56,698 bases of DNA from positions 1 through 56,698 of the IMG/VR virus record IMGVR_UViG_3300048574_000080; one strand, given 5' to 3'. Shown here piece after piece: positions 1-8,430 of this stretch (positions within the stretch are counted from its first letter, which is position 1; every line of letters begins with the position of its first letter). Position numbers and translations under genes: made by a program. The notes beneath the pieces were generated by a model. That model saw only the letters and a list, made by a program, of their open reading frames with translations, had not been told where the DNA came from and did no database searches. The stretch is from a virus. Lineage: Duplodnaviria; Caudoviricetes.

Positions 1-126
1 GAAGAGGGGAAGCTTTCGCCTCCCCTCTTTCGCCACTTTCGCCTTACGCCTATGAAACCGGACTGCGCCGTACCCGATCAGTTGGGACTCGGTGCGTCCA
101 CGTATCGATCTACTTCAACCCAGCCC
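1..126. repeat. Terminal direct repeat (circular assembly overlap), left copy
   Basis: 1-126 is identical to 56560-56685; the last 13 nt of the window degrade to poly-C. Confidence 0.95.
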
Positions 127-341
127 ACCCCGCCCGGTGCCCCCTGGTCCAGGACCACCCGCACGCCGCCACGCCGGAGGGTGATGCGGGTATAGGCCGG
201 CCTGCCAGTCTCACGCCTGTATCGCCCCTGCGAGTGACACTCACAGTCTTCATCGCCGCAGACGTGCAAGCTGTGTGATGTGCCCTTGCAGGCACATGGC
301 CGGCCCTCTGGGCAGCAGTGGGTACAGCCACCGTGGTTCAT
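78..341 (-). CDS. Small Cys/His-rich hypothetical protein (putative metal-binding)
   Basis: MNHGGCTHCCPEGRPCACK...HVCGDEDCECH; ATG overlaps the TGA of the upstream gene (ATGA). Confidence 0.55.
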   Translation of the reverse strand: MNHGGCTHCCPEGRPCACKGTSHSLHVCGDEDCECHSQGRYRRETGRPAYTRITLRRGGVRVVLDQGAPGGVGWVEVDRYVDAPSPN

Positions 342-676
342 GCGGTCGGTTCCGTCCACTCGCACCACACCAGGCACCCGTCAGGCGTCCGCTGCCAATC
401 CACCGACGGCGCAGATACCGCCGTCGCCCACAGGTCGTGAGTCGTGTGCCGGATAGGTGACAGGTCAGCCAGGTAGAGCCGCCATGTCGTGCGGGCCCGC
501 ACCAGTTCGACACTGAGGTCGCCGAAACGGCGTAATGCCCTGGCAAATGGTGCGGCGGGCTCTGCGCCCACGATGCGTCGCAGTTCAGCGCCGGCGAGGA
601 GGATGATGGCCGGGGTCATTATGAGCGGTATAGCGGGCTCGGTAGGCGCGGCGACTGTCGCCGTAATCGTGTTCAT
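338..676 (-). CDS. Hypothetical protein
   Basis: AAAGGA RBS before ATG at 676; coupled to the next gene. Confidence 0.55.
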   Translation of the reverse strand: MNTITATVAAPTEPAIPLIMTPAIILLAGAELRRIVGAEPAAPFARALRRFGDLSVELVRARTTWRLYLADLSPIRHTTHDLWATAVSAPSVDWQRTPDGCLVWCEWTEPTA

Positions 677-879
677 ATGTTCCTTTCTTAAAGGAGACGT
701 AATGTACGCGGTTTGATACATTCCAGGTCCTGCCAGGTCGGGATAACATGACGCAACGACATGACAAAGAGTTGGTGAAACTTGGGGAACGTGGTAGAAT
801 AATCCTGCAACAAATACAAGTGCCCTGGCGATGCGTCAACATCCCAGGGCTTGGTCAAACGCTGAAAGGAGCGAATGAC

Positions 880-1707
880 ATGCATGATCATATCCCCGCC
901 CCCTCTTTCCCAGCAAACCTTGAAGAGTACGCCCCGTGGGTTACTCAGTACGGATTGCGGTATCCCTACGGGCAGTGCCAGTGCGGCTGTGGTCAAGCTG
1001 CGCCTATCCAGGATGGCGCCTATCCCGCCAAGGGATACCGCAAGGGGCACCCCGCTCGATTCCTCCCAGGTCACAACAAAGCCAAGGACCTGCAAATCGA
1101 GAATCCTAACCCTAGCGGACTGTGCATGTGTGGCTGTGGGCAAAAGACGCAGATCGCAGACCGTAACCGTAAATCCTTGGGATGGGTGAAGGGTCAACCA
1201 CTGAAGTACATCAATGGTCACAGTGGGTTCGATACTCGCAAGCGCGCCTTGCTCGATAAGTTTTGGAGCAACGTAGACAAGCGCGGCGACGATGAATGCT
1301 GGCTGTGGACTGGTAGAAAGAACCGTGAGGGCTACGGCATTCTCTCCGAGTACGGGCAGAACATCCGCGCCCACCGGCTCAGCTACGAAATCCACAACGG
1401 GCCACTTGTCGAAGGTATGGTCGTGTGCCATCAATGCGACGTGCCAGCGTGTGTCAATCCGCACCATCTTTGGCTTGGCACGCTCAAGGATAATAATGAC
1501 GACAAGATGGCTAAGGGCAGAAACAAGGCTGGGCGTACCCTGGGCGAAGATCACGCACTCGCCAAACTCACCGCCGCTCAGGTAATAGAGATTCGGCAGC
1601 GTCTCGCTAAGGGTGAAACCCTCAAGGCGATTGCGGATGACTATGGCGTCTCGGACAGCAACATCGACGCTATCAAGCAGCGCAAGACTTGGAGACACAT
1701 CGCCTAG
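880..1707 (+). CDS. HNH homing endonuclease with two CxCGCG repeats and C-terminal HTH
   Basis: CQCGCG and CMCGCG; ECWLWTG...GYG...AHRLSYE...VVCHQCDVPACVNPHHLWLGTLKDN; KLTAAQVIEIR...IADDYGVS; AAGGAG RBS; antisense to neighbours. Confidence 0.9.
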   Translation: MHDHIPAPSFPANLEEYAPWVTQYGLRYPYGQCQCGCGQAAPIQDGAYPAKGYRKGHPARFLPGHNKAKDLQIENPNPSGLCMCGCGQKTQIADRNRKSLGWVKGQPLKYINGHSGFDTRKRALLDKFWSNVDKRGDDECWLWTGRKNREGYGILSEYGQNIRAHRLSYEIHNGPLVEGMVVCHQCDVPACVNPHHLWLGTLKDNNDDKMAKGRNKAGRTLGEDHALAKLTAAQVIEIRQRLAKGETLKAIADDYGVSDSNIDAIKQRKTWRHIA

Positions 1708-1713
1708 TTCGAT

Positions 1714-1745
1714 GGGGAGGGTTGGGATCATTCCCCACCCTCTCC
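1714..1745. terminator. Hairpin between convergent genes
   Basis: GGGGAGGGTTGGGA-TCAT-TCCCCACCCTCTCC imperfect stem. Confidence 0.4.
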
Positions 1746-1967
1746 AAACAGACTGCCCTGCGGCGGTTGGGTGCTGCACGCGGCAACCGGCACTGTTACT
1801 GTGCGCTCTCTGCCGATTCCTCCGATCCACACCATCACCTTATCGCCGCCGCGCGGGTAGCCAGTGGTGCCGATGATTGCGCCGCCTAGTTCCTCGCGGG
1901 TGGGAGCGTCGCACTGCGACGGGTCGATATAGACGGTCGTGCCCAGTGCTAATGTTTTCACGCTCAT
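1728..1967 (-). CDS. Hypothetical protein
   Basis: MSVKTLALG... start in ATGA overlap with the upstream stop. Confidence 0.55.
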   Translation of the reverse strand: MSVKTLALGTTVYIDPSQCDAPTREELGGAIIGTTGYPRGGDKVMVWIGGIGRERTVTVPVAACSTQPPQGSLFGEGGE

Positions 1968-2260
1968 GCCTGCTCTTTCTCCGTGTTCACATACACCCCC
2001 GCCCACAACTCCGGCTTCTCCGCCCTTGCCGCCCGCTCAGCTGCGTAGACTTTTGCCGGGTCGCCGCCGCTCATATGGCGCAGCATCTCGCCATAGCGGG
2101 CGGCTTCGCGCGTCGCCCCGCGCTGCTCGGTCAGCTTGACGGTATCCTCCAGCGCCGCCACCGTCTGCGCCGCGCCCTCCAGGGCCTTGACGCCTGCTAT
2201 GCCGGGCCGCTGCGCATCGGCGAGCTGCGTGCGCAGGGTAGCGAAGAGTTCGGCGATCAT
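1964..2260 (-). CDS. Hypothetical protein
   Basis: 98-aa ORF translationally coupled on both sides. Confidence 0.6.
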   Translation of the reverse strand: MIAELFATLRTQLADAQRPGIAGVKALEGAAQTVAALEDTVKLTEQRGATREAARYGEMLRHMSGGDPAKVYAAERAARAEKPELWAGVYVNTEKEQA

Positions 2261-2397
2261 TTTTCCTCACTCCGCATTTCGTCGCCGTCATAGTGCGACA
2301 TGGCCACACACGCCATTGCAATGACGCCGATAAAGAAACACACAAAGCCAGACAGAAACATCGCCAAGAGTATTTGCCAGACAGGAAGCGTAATCAT
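2257..2397 (-). CDS. Small membrane protein (46 aa, not in ORF track)
   Basis: MITLPVWQILLAMFLSGFVCFFIGVIAMACVAMSHYDGDEMRSEEK; ATGA overlaps at both ends. Confidence 0.6.
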   Translation of the reverse strand: MITLPVWQILLAMFLSGFVCFFIGVIAMACVAMSHYDGDEMRSEEK

Positions 2398-2516
2398 GCG
2401 CCCACCGCCGCCAACAGCAAGGCGAACGCCACAGCACCGCCAACCACAAATAGAATCTTTAGCAGCCAGATTACCGCACCGCTAATGGGGTCCTCGCTGT
2501 CTTGTTCGTCGTTCAT
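2394..2516 (-). CDS. Small membrane protein (40 aa, not in ORF track)
   Basis: MNDEQDSEDPISGAVIWLLKILFVVGGAVAFALLLAAVGA; ATGA overlaps. Confidence 0.55.
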   Translation of the reverse strand: MNDEQDSEDPISGAVIWLLKILFVVGGAVAFALLLAAVGA

Positions 2517-2728
2517 TGCCTCACTTCCTTTCGTTCCAACTCGCTTGCCGCCATGTGCCCCGCCGCGTACTCCCCCGCCTCCGCACTGCCGGGCCGGTAG
2601 GGGCAGAACCAGGCGTTGTCGTAGTACCGGTCCTCGAAGCCCCTGCGGTAGGCGCCGACGGGGGACGGAGCGAAGGCGGTGGCCGGCGCATCATCGGGGA
2701 TGTTGCGGAGGATGGTGGTGATGTTCAT
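2513..2728 (-). CDS. Rmf/CrpP-fold-like small protein
   Basis: AYRRGF...CPY...EYAAGH pattern resembles the ribosome-modulation-factor-like motif. Confidence 0.45.
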   Translation of the reverse strand: MNITTILRNIPDDAPATAFAPSPVGAYRRGFEDRYYDNAWFCPYRPGSAEAGEYAAGHMAASELERKEVRQ

Positions 2729-5385
2729 CAGTCCGCCGCCATCAGTTCTTGTTCCGGCATGTCGATCTCGTCGTCGTCGATTGGGGCGGCGAACGTCTCC
2801 ACATCGAACAACGTCGGTGCGTGCACGGTCATCTCCAGTTCAGCCAGGTAATTGCAGCTGATGTGGTAGTAGTCGGCGTTAAGTTCCACGCCCATCGCCC
2901 GCCGCCCCTCCTGTAGCGCCACGTATGGCACGCTGCCCAGCCCGTTGAACGGGTCAAGCACCAGGTCGCCGGGGTTGGTGTAGCGCACGATCAAGCGCCG
3001 GGGAATGTCCAACGGGAACGGGCAGACGTGCTTGGCCAGGCGGCGGCGGGCGTTTTGCATGTTCAGCGTGCGCATAAACAGGACATCCGTCCAGACGTAA
3101 TCGTCGGCGTCGGCGGCGACCATCGTCGGAAACAGCATGAACTTGGACGGCAGCCGCTCGCCTACCATCTCGCACAGCTTGACGTGTTCCTCGTGGTCGT
3201 AGGGGGCGCCGCTGCGCATCCGGTTACGCCACCAACGATAGAGCTGCGCCCCATCCATGCCGTTGATCTCGTCTTTGGTCAGCAGCGGCGCATAGTCCGG
3301 CTGTCCTGCTACGTCGGGCAGACGGTGCCCGTTGCTGCGCCAGAGTTGGTGCGCATCCGTCTGCCAGCGGCCCCGGCTGTAGACCGCCTTGTCCTTGCGC
3401 ACCGGCTGGTCAGCGTAGGAGCGGCTCTTGTCCGTCTGCGGCTTGCGGAACAGCAGCACGTATTCGGGCATGCCGACGCCCATCTTGGAGCTGTCCTTGC
3501 TGTTCTCCGTCCAGCCCAGGCGGTTCGTGCTGTTGTTCTCGCGCACGACGTCGGTCGGGATCGTGATGCGGCCGTAACTGACAAAGCCGTGCTTGCGAAA
3601 TGCCCGGTTGCAGTCGTCAGAGAAGTAGTCGACTTCCATCATGCCGTGCGGCGTCTGGTGCCCGTACAGCAGGCGGTCCTTGACGTGGATGCACGCCATC
3701 CGCCCCGGCTTCAGCGCCCGGTAGAGGCTGGGAATCAGAAAATCCATCTGCCGCCAGAATGAGGCGTCGGTGTCGTTGAACCCAAAGTCGTTGCGGTTCG
3801 CAGAGTATTCGTAATGATTGCCGAACGGAATTGATGTGACGATGGCGTCAATCGAGTTCTCCGGCAGCGTGTAGCACTCCAACACCGTGTCATTGTTGAC
3901 GACGTGCCAGGCCTCGCCGCGCTCATCCTGCCGGGTGACACCGATGCTGCGTTGCAGGTTGCTCACCAGGGATTCACGGGTAAGCCCGTGCTCTTTGACG
4001 ATGGCCCGCATCCGTTCCATCAGCTCGTCATGCTGTCGCCACTTGCGCATGAGGCTGTCGCGCACGGCGTCCTCAGCATCGGTGTGGATGATGTGGATCG
4101 TCACCGGCTTGGTCTGCCCGTAGCGGTGGATGCGATGCACCGACTGGATAAAGTCGCGGAACTTGAAGCTCAACCCGACATAGATGGCGTCGGCGCAGAA
4201 ATACTGAAAATTGCACCCGCTGCCGCTCAGCTCCGGCTTGGTGGCGAGGATGGGCAGCTTGCCGTGCGAGAAGTCGAGAATCGTCTGCTCCCGCTCTTCC
4301 AGGTCCTGCGAGCCCCACACCGGCGACACACCTTCAATCGTGCGGCTGATGGCCCGGCGTTCGTCCTCCAGGTGGTGCCAGATAATCCAGTGCTTTTCCG
4401 GCGCATCTTCGATGATGCGGGCGGCTTCTGCGACCCGGATGTCGAGGCTGTCCCGCTTCTCGCGCGCCGCCTGGGTAACGCCGGCCGTCGTGTCTTTCAG
4501 CAGGAAATGCTGCCCGTTGTTATCGGTGGCGTCCCATATCTTGGTGTGGTCGGAGGTCAACCGGTGCCAGACGATGTTGATCTCGGGCATAGTGAATCCG
4601 TCGTCACTGTAGTTCGCACCCAGGTCAGACGGCTTCTCGACAAACAGCGCCCAACTCGCCACCCACATCCAGAACTCATGCTCCATGTGCGGGAGCAACT
4701 GCAGATCCCCGGCCTTGTCGGGGTTGCGGCCAAACCAACGGGTAAGCGCCTGGCCAGCGTCCAGCTCGTCAAAGAAGTCGCCGAAGTAAATGAGCTGCCG
4801 GTAGTCGTTCGGCGCCGGCGTGGCGGTGGCCGCCCACTTGTATTCGATGCTGTCGAAGATGATGCGGAACTGGTCTTGCGTCTTGGTACCCAGGTTGCCC
4901 AAGATGGCGGCCTCATCCAGGCACACGCCCGTGATGTGACTTGCCAGCCATTCGGCACTGATGTCGCCGTCGCGCACCCGCTCATAGTTGGTGATAAGGA
5001 ATGGCGACCGCTCTAGCGCCTGCTCCGCTTCCGCATCGGTGCGCACATACGTAAACTCAATACCCATTGCCGGGCCATCTTCGTGCACAAACTGCGTGCG
5101 CACGCCAAGCGGACAGATAACGAGTTGGCCGCCACCGGTAGCGTTGTGCACCTGGCGCAGGATTTCAATCTGCTGCGTCGTCTTGCCCATGCCGAACCGC
5201 TCAGCCAGCAGACCATGGCCCCGGCGCAGCGCCCACAGCACCGCATCCTTCTGGTATTCAAAGAGGCGGCTATGCAGGTCCCGGCGCTGTACGTTCAAGC
5301 CGCTGGCGCTGTGGATGTCGATCTTGTTCGCTGCCAGCCATTCGGCATAGGTCCTGGCAAATTCGTTGAAGTCGGTATTGCTCAT
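2728..5385 (-). CDS. SNF2-like helicase / N4-N6 DNA methyltransferase fusion
   Basis: LFEYQKDAV, GMGKT, LDEA, TATPAPND, QSVHRIHRYGQ; MTase motifs IVTSIPF, HVCPFPL, VLDPFNGLGS, GVELNADY. Confidence 0.9.
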   Translation of the reverse strand: MSNTDFNEFARTYAEWLAANKIDIHSASGLNVQRRDLHSRLFEYQKDAVLWALRRGHGLLAERFGMGKTTQQIEILRQVHNATGGGQLVICPLGVRTQFVHEDGPAMGIEFTYVRTDAEAEQALERSPFLITNYERVRDGDISAEWLASHITGVCLDEAAILGNLGTKTQDQFRIIFDSIEYKWAATATPAPNDYRQLIYFGDFFDELDAGQALTRWFGRNPDKAGDLQLLPHMEHEFWMWVASWALFVEKPSDLGANYSDDGFTMPEINIVWHRLTSDHTKIWDATDNNGQHFLLKDTTAGVTQAAREKRDSLDIRVAEAARIIEDAPEKHWIIWHHLEDERRAISRTIEGVSPVWGSQDLEEREQTILDFSHGKLPILATKPELSGSGCNFQYFCADAIYVGLSFKFRDFIQSVHRIHRYGQTKPVTIHIIHTDAEDAVRDSLMRKWRQHDELMERMRAIVKEHGLTRESLVSNLQRSIGVTRQDERGEAWHVVNNDTVLECYTLPENSIDAIVTSIPFGNHYEYSANRNDFGFNDTDASFWRQMDFLIPSLYRALKPGRMACIHVKDRLLYGHQTPHGMMEVDYFSDDCNRAFRKHGFVSYGRITIPTDVVRENNSTNRLGWTENSKDSSKMGVGMPEYVLLFRKPQTDKSRSYADQPVRKDKAVYSRGRWQTDAHQLWRSNGHRLPDVAGQPDYAPLLTKDEINGMDGAQLYRWWRNRMRSGAPYDHEEHVKLCEMVGERLPSKFMLFPTMVAADADDYVWTDVLFMRTLNMQNARRRLAKHVCPFPLDIPRRLIVRYTNPGDLVLDPFNGLGSVPYVALQEGRRAMGVELNADYYHISCNYLAELEMTVHAPTLFDVETFAAPIDDDEIDMPEQELMAAD

Positions 5386-5486
5386 TTCGTCGCTGTCTCC
5401 CTCTATCCTCAAGGCGGGCGGCGCCTGCCCTCGACACTCGCCGCCCGCCTCGCTCTACGCCACGCCGTTGTATCGGCGGTGGTTGC

Positions 5487-5657
5487 TTAGTTCGCCCCCA
5501 GCAGCACCGGCGCAAACAGCAACAGCACTGCCAGGAAGGCCATCACCCGCACGCTGCACCAGGGGCACACCTTCTCGGTGTACTCCCGCCCACAGATGCC
5601 GCACTTGCCGCCGGCGACAAAGCCACGGCTCCGCACGAAGGTGTAGTGGCGTGTCAC
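5487..5657 (-). CDS. Small Zn-ribbon membrane protein
   Basis: CGICG...CPWC followed by a hydrophobic tail; GTGA overlap. Confidence 0.45.
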   Translation of the reverse strand: MTRHYTFVRSRGFVAGGKCGICGREYTEKVCPWCSVRVMAFLAVLLLFAPVLLGAN

Positions 5658-5761
5658 GATCCCGCTCCCGCTGCCACCAGCACAAAGCCCAGCACGCCGA
5701 CGATGCCGACAACGAGCATCACATAGAAAAGTCCGCTGTAGCCGTCCTTTTGTTCGTCCAT
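5654..5761 (-). CDS. Small membrane protein
   Basis: MDEQKDGYSGLFYVMLVVGIVGVLGFVLVAAGAGS, one TM helix. Confidence 0.45.
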   Translation of the reverse strand: MDEQKDGYSGLFYVMLVVGIVGVLGFVLVAAGAGS

Positions 5762-5803
5762 AATTCCGCCTGTCCTTTCGTTGCTCTCGCTCAGATACAC
5801 CCC

Positions 5804-5905
5804 GCACCGCTGGCCCGTACTCTCCGCTGTAACAGCTCCCCTGCGGCTGCGGGTGGAGGGCACCTCGCCCCGGCGTTGGGTTGCCGGTCTGCGGGCCAGC
5901 GGTGC
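5804..5905 (-). ncRNA. Candidate multibranch structured RNA
   Basis: Closing stem GCACCGCTGGCCCG/CGGGCCAGCGGTGC enclosing several small hairpins; intergenic. Confidence 0.35.
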
Positions 5906-5914
5906 GATAGTGGG

Positions 5915-8362
5915 CTAAAATGGAATTGATTCGTCAATCGTCGCCGGGTGCTTCGGCATCACCGCCGCCGCCTTCTTTGCCTTGACCGCCGCTTTCTCCT
6001 CGCGCACCTCGGCAGGCGGCGCGATCAGCTTGGCCGACACCGGCGGCAACGTGCCGTAGAAGCTCTGCACCAATTCGATGCGGCTGCACAGGGCGGCCGG
6101 CGGTAAGCTGGGCAGCACCATGTTGCGCCCGTACATGCTCGCACGCACCCGGCTGTCCAGTACGGCCATCACGCCGGTGTCTGACGATGTGCGAATCAAG
6201 CGGCCCAGCGCCTGCTTTAGTTCGATGATCATGCGCGGCACTCTCAAGGCATTGAACGGGTACATCTCCAGCGTCTTGCCCGCCATGCCCGCCGCGCGGC
6301 CCTTGTCGAGTAGGTCGGCTTCCATGGCCTGCGTCAGCGGCGTGGGCGCCTCGAATGGCATCTTATCGACGACGACCAGGCGCAGCGCCGCACCGTCGAT
6401 GCTCACGCCCTCGAAAAAGCTCTTGGTCGCAAAGAGCACGGCATTGCCGTCACTGCGGAAGCGGCGGGCGATTTCGAGCTTCGGCATTTCGCCTTGCACC
6501 AGCACGGTCAGGCCGCGGGCGGCAAAGGTGCGGCCCAGTTCGGCGACCGCCTGGTTCATGGCGTTGTAACTGGTGAATAGCAGGAAAGCGCCGCCTCTGC
6601 TCGCCAGCACGAGCTGCCGCATTTCGTCGATCGCCCAGGCCAGCCAGCCGGAAGCGTTGGGCGCCGGCGCCGTGCCGCTGGGCAGGTAGAGCAGCGCATT
6701 GCCGGCATAGTCGAAGGGCGATGCTGCCTGCATCTGCAACGCATCGGGCAGCCCCGCCTGGCGCATGAAATGGGCCATGTCGGGGGCGGCGAGCGTGGCG
6801 CTACAGAAGATGGTAGCTTTGGCGCTGTAGGTCAGCAGCGGCGGCGCTTCGGTGCGGTCCAGTGCCAGCCAGTCGGATAGGTTGACCGTCTCCGCATCGC
6901 CCATCAAATCGACGTGATGAATGCAGTCGGGGCCGTAGGGTTTGCCGTCTAAGATGGCGACCTTCTCGGCGCTCAGCGTGCGGTGGCAGCGCTCGCAGCG
7001 GGTGTAATCCGGCTGCTGGGCGACCGGCACAGCATTGACGCCGGCGAGCTGGGCAATCCAGTGCGACACGTCGAACGGCTGGGCACAGAGCTTGGCGGGG
7101 TCGCCGTTGCGGCTCTGCTCAATCCAGCGCACATAGCCGTCGATCGTGGGGCCGGCCAGCATCGCCAGCTTGCCGGCCATGTTGCGGATGCGCTGCGCCT
7201 TGCGGGCAAGCTTCTTTTCGTCGGGGTCGCTGGGCAGTTCGTCCTCTGGCCATACGTCTTCGGCGATGCTCAGCAGAATCTCGCTTAGGTTTTGTGCGCC
7301 GTCGATCGTCTCATCGCGCTGGATCTGCACCTGGCTGTCGGTGGTGCGCGCTGTCTGCCGGCTGATGCTGCGTTCGACGGTCAGCAGTGCATCCATCGCA
7401 TCGCCGATGGCGTCCATGTCGGCATAGCCTTCGGCCAGGCTGATAGTGCGCTGCACCTGTGCGATGGTGAATTCAGCGCCGCGTGCGCCGCGCATGTAGT
7501 CGGGCAGCTTGTGCGCTTCGTCCACGACCACGACGTCACACGGCGGCAGGATGTGCCCTTCGGCTATCTGGTCGATGCACAGCAGGGCATGGTTGGTGAC
7601 CACGACGTCGGCGTTTTGCAGCGCCGCGCGCGCCTTGTAATAAAAGCAGGCGTCATAGAGCGGGCAGTGCTTGCCGGTGCACTCATCGTCGACCGTCAGC
7701 TTGGCAAGGTCTTTGTAGTTGACGGCAAAGTCGATTTCTTCGGTATTGCCGGTGGCGGTGCGCTGATACCAGTCGAACAGCTCATTGCCGCTGATGGCCT
7801 CGCCGTGCTCGCCACACTTGAAGCGGCACGCATAGTTGCCTTTGCCGACTGACACCGCCACTTTCTTGCCGGGCCAGATGCGCTGCAGGAACGGCAGGTC
7901 TTTCTCGACCAGCTGCATTTGCAATGCTTTATTCGATGTACTGATAATGACTTTCTTATTGAGGGCCATGCACACCGCGGCGTAGGCCAGGCTCTTGCCT
8001 GTTCCCGTCGCCGCTTCGACCACGGCCGGCTCGCGCATCTCAATGGCCCGCTGCACCAGCCGTGCCATGTGCAGCTGCGGCCGGCGCACTTCGTAGTTGG
8101 GCAGCAGCTGGGCGATGGCCCCGCCCTGTCCAAAGATGGCGTCGGCTACGGATGGCCAGCGGACGGTCAGCGTGTCGCCGTCGATCGTCTGCGGCGCTTC
8201 CGCCGGCACGCCTGCTGCCTGCACGATGGCGGCCCAGTTGCCCCGGTTGCCGTTGATGGTCAAGACAAAGTGGCCATCCTCGACGCGGGCGCTGGGGCGC
8301 TTGGGGGTGTCCTGGCAGGCGCTCTGCCAAAGACCTATCATCAGTGCTCTGAAGTCGTTCAT
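5915..8362 (-). CDS. DinG/YoaA-family ATP-dependent DNA helicase
   Basis: YEVRRPQ Q-motif, EAATGTGKS, Fe-S-type cysteines, DEAH, SATL, SFFEGVSI, QALGRLIR. Confidence 0.92.
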   Translation of the reverse strand: MNDFRALMIGLWQSACQDTPKRPSARVEDGHFVLTINGNRGNWAAIVQAAGVPAEAPQTIDGDTLTVRWPSVADAIFGQGGAIAQLLPNYEVRRPQLHMARLVQRAIEMREPAVVEAATGTGKSLAYAAVCMALNKKVIISTSNKALQMQLVEKDLPFLQRIWPGKKVAVSVGKGNYACRFKCGEHGEAISGNELFDWYQRTATGNTEEIDFAVNYKDLAKLTVDDECTGKHCPLYDACFYYKARAALQNADVVVTNHALLCIDQIAEGHILPPCDVVVVDEAHKLPDYMRGARGAEFTIAQVQRTISLAEGYADMDAIGDAMDALLTVERSISRQTARTTDSQVQIQRDETIDGAQNLSEILLSIAEDVWPEDELPSDPDEKKLARKAQRIRNMAGKLAMLAGPTIDGYVRWIEQSRNGDPAKLCAQPFDVSHWIAQLAGVNAVPVAQQPDYTRCERCHRTLSAEKVAILDGKPYGPDCIHHVDLMGDAETVNLSDWLALDRTEAPPLLTYSAKATIFCSATLAAPDMAHFMRQAGLPDALQMQAASPFDYAGNALLYLPSGTAPAPNASGWLAWAIDEMRQLVLASRGGAFLLFTSYNAMNQAVAELGRTFAARGLTVLVQGEMPKLEIARRFRSDGNAVLFATKSFFEGVSIDGAALRLVVVDKMPFEAPTPLTQAMEADLLDKGRAAGMAGKTLEMYPFNALRVPRMIIELKQALGRLIRTSSDTGVMAVLDSRVRASMYGRNMVLPSLPPAALCSRIELVQSFYGTLPPVSAKLIAPPAEVREEKAAVKAKKAAAVMPKHPATIDESIPF

Positions 8363-8430
8363 AGAAGTTACCTGAAGGGTGTAGAAGTGAAGGTGGGGGC
8401 GGCGCTGGCATAGGCCGCCCCCCGTTTGAA

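Noticed and set aside
1-126. Biological terminal repeats of the virion DNA
   Set aside because: The length is close to a common assembler k-mer and the final bases are degraded; most likely a circular-contig overlap.
1511-1550. Partial gapped match of array 2 NN to the HNH gene
   Set aside because: Only 7 of 12 dinucleotides match and the flanks fail; consistent with chance.
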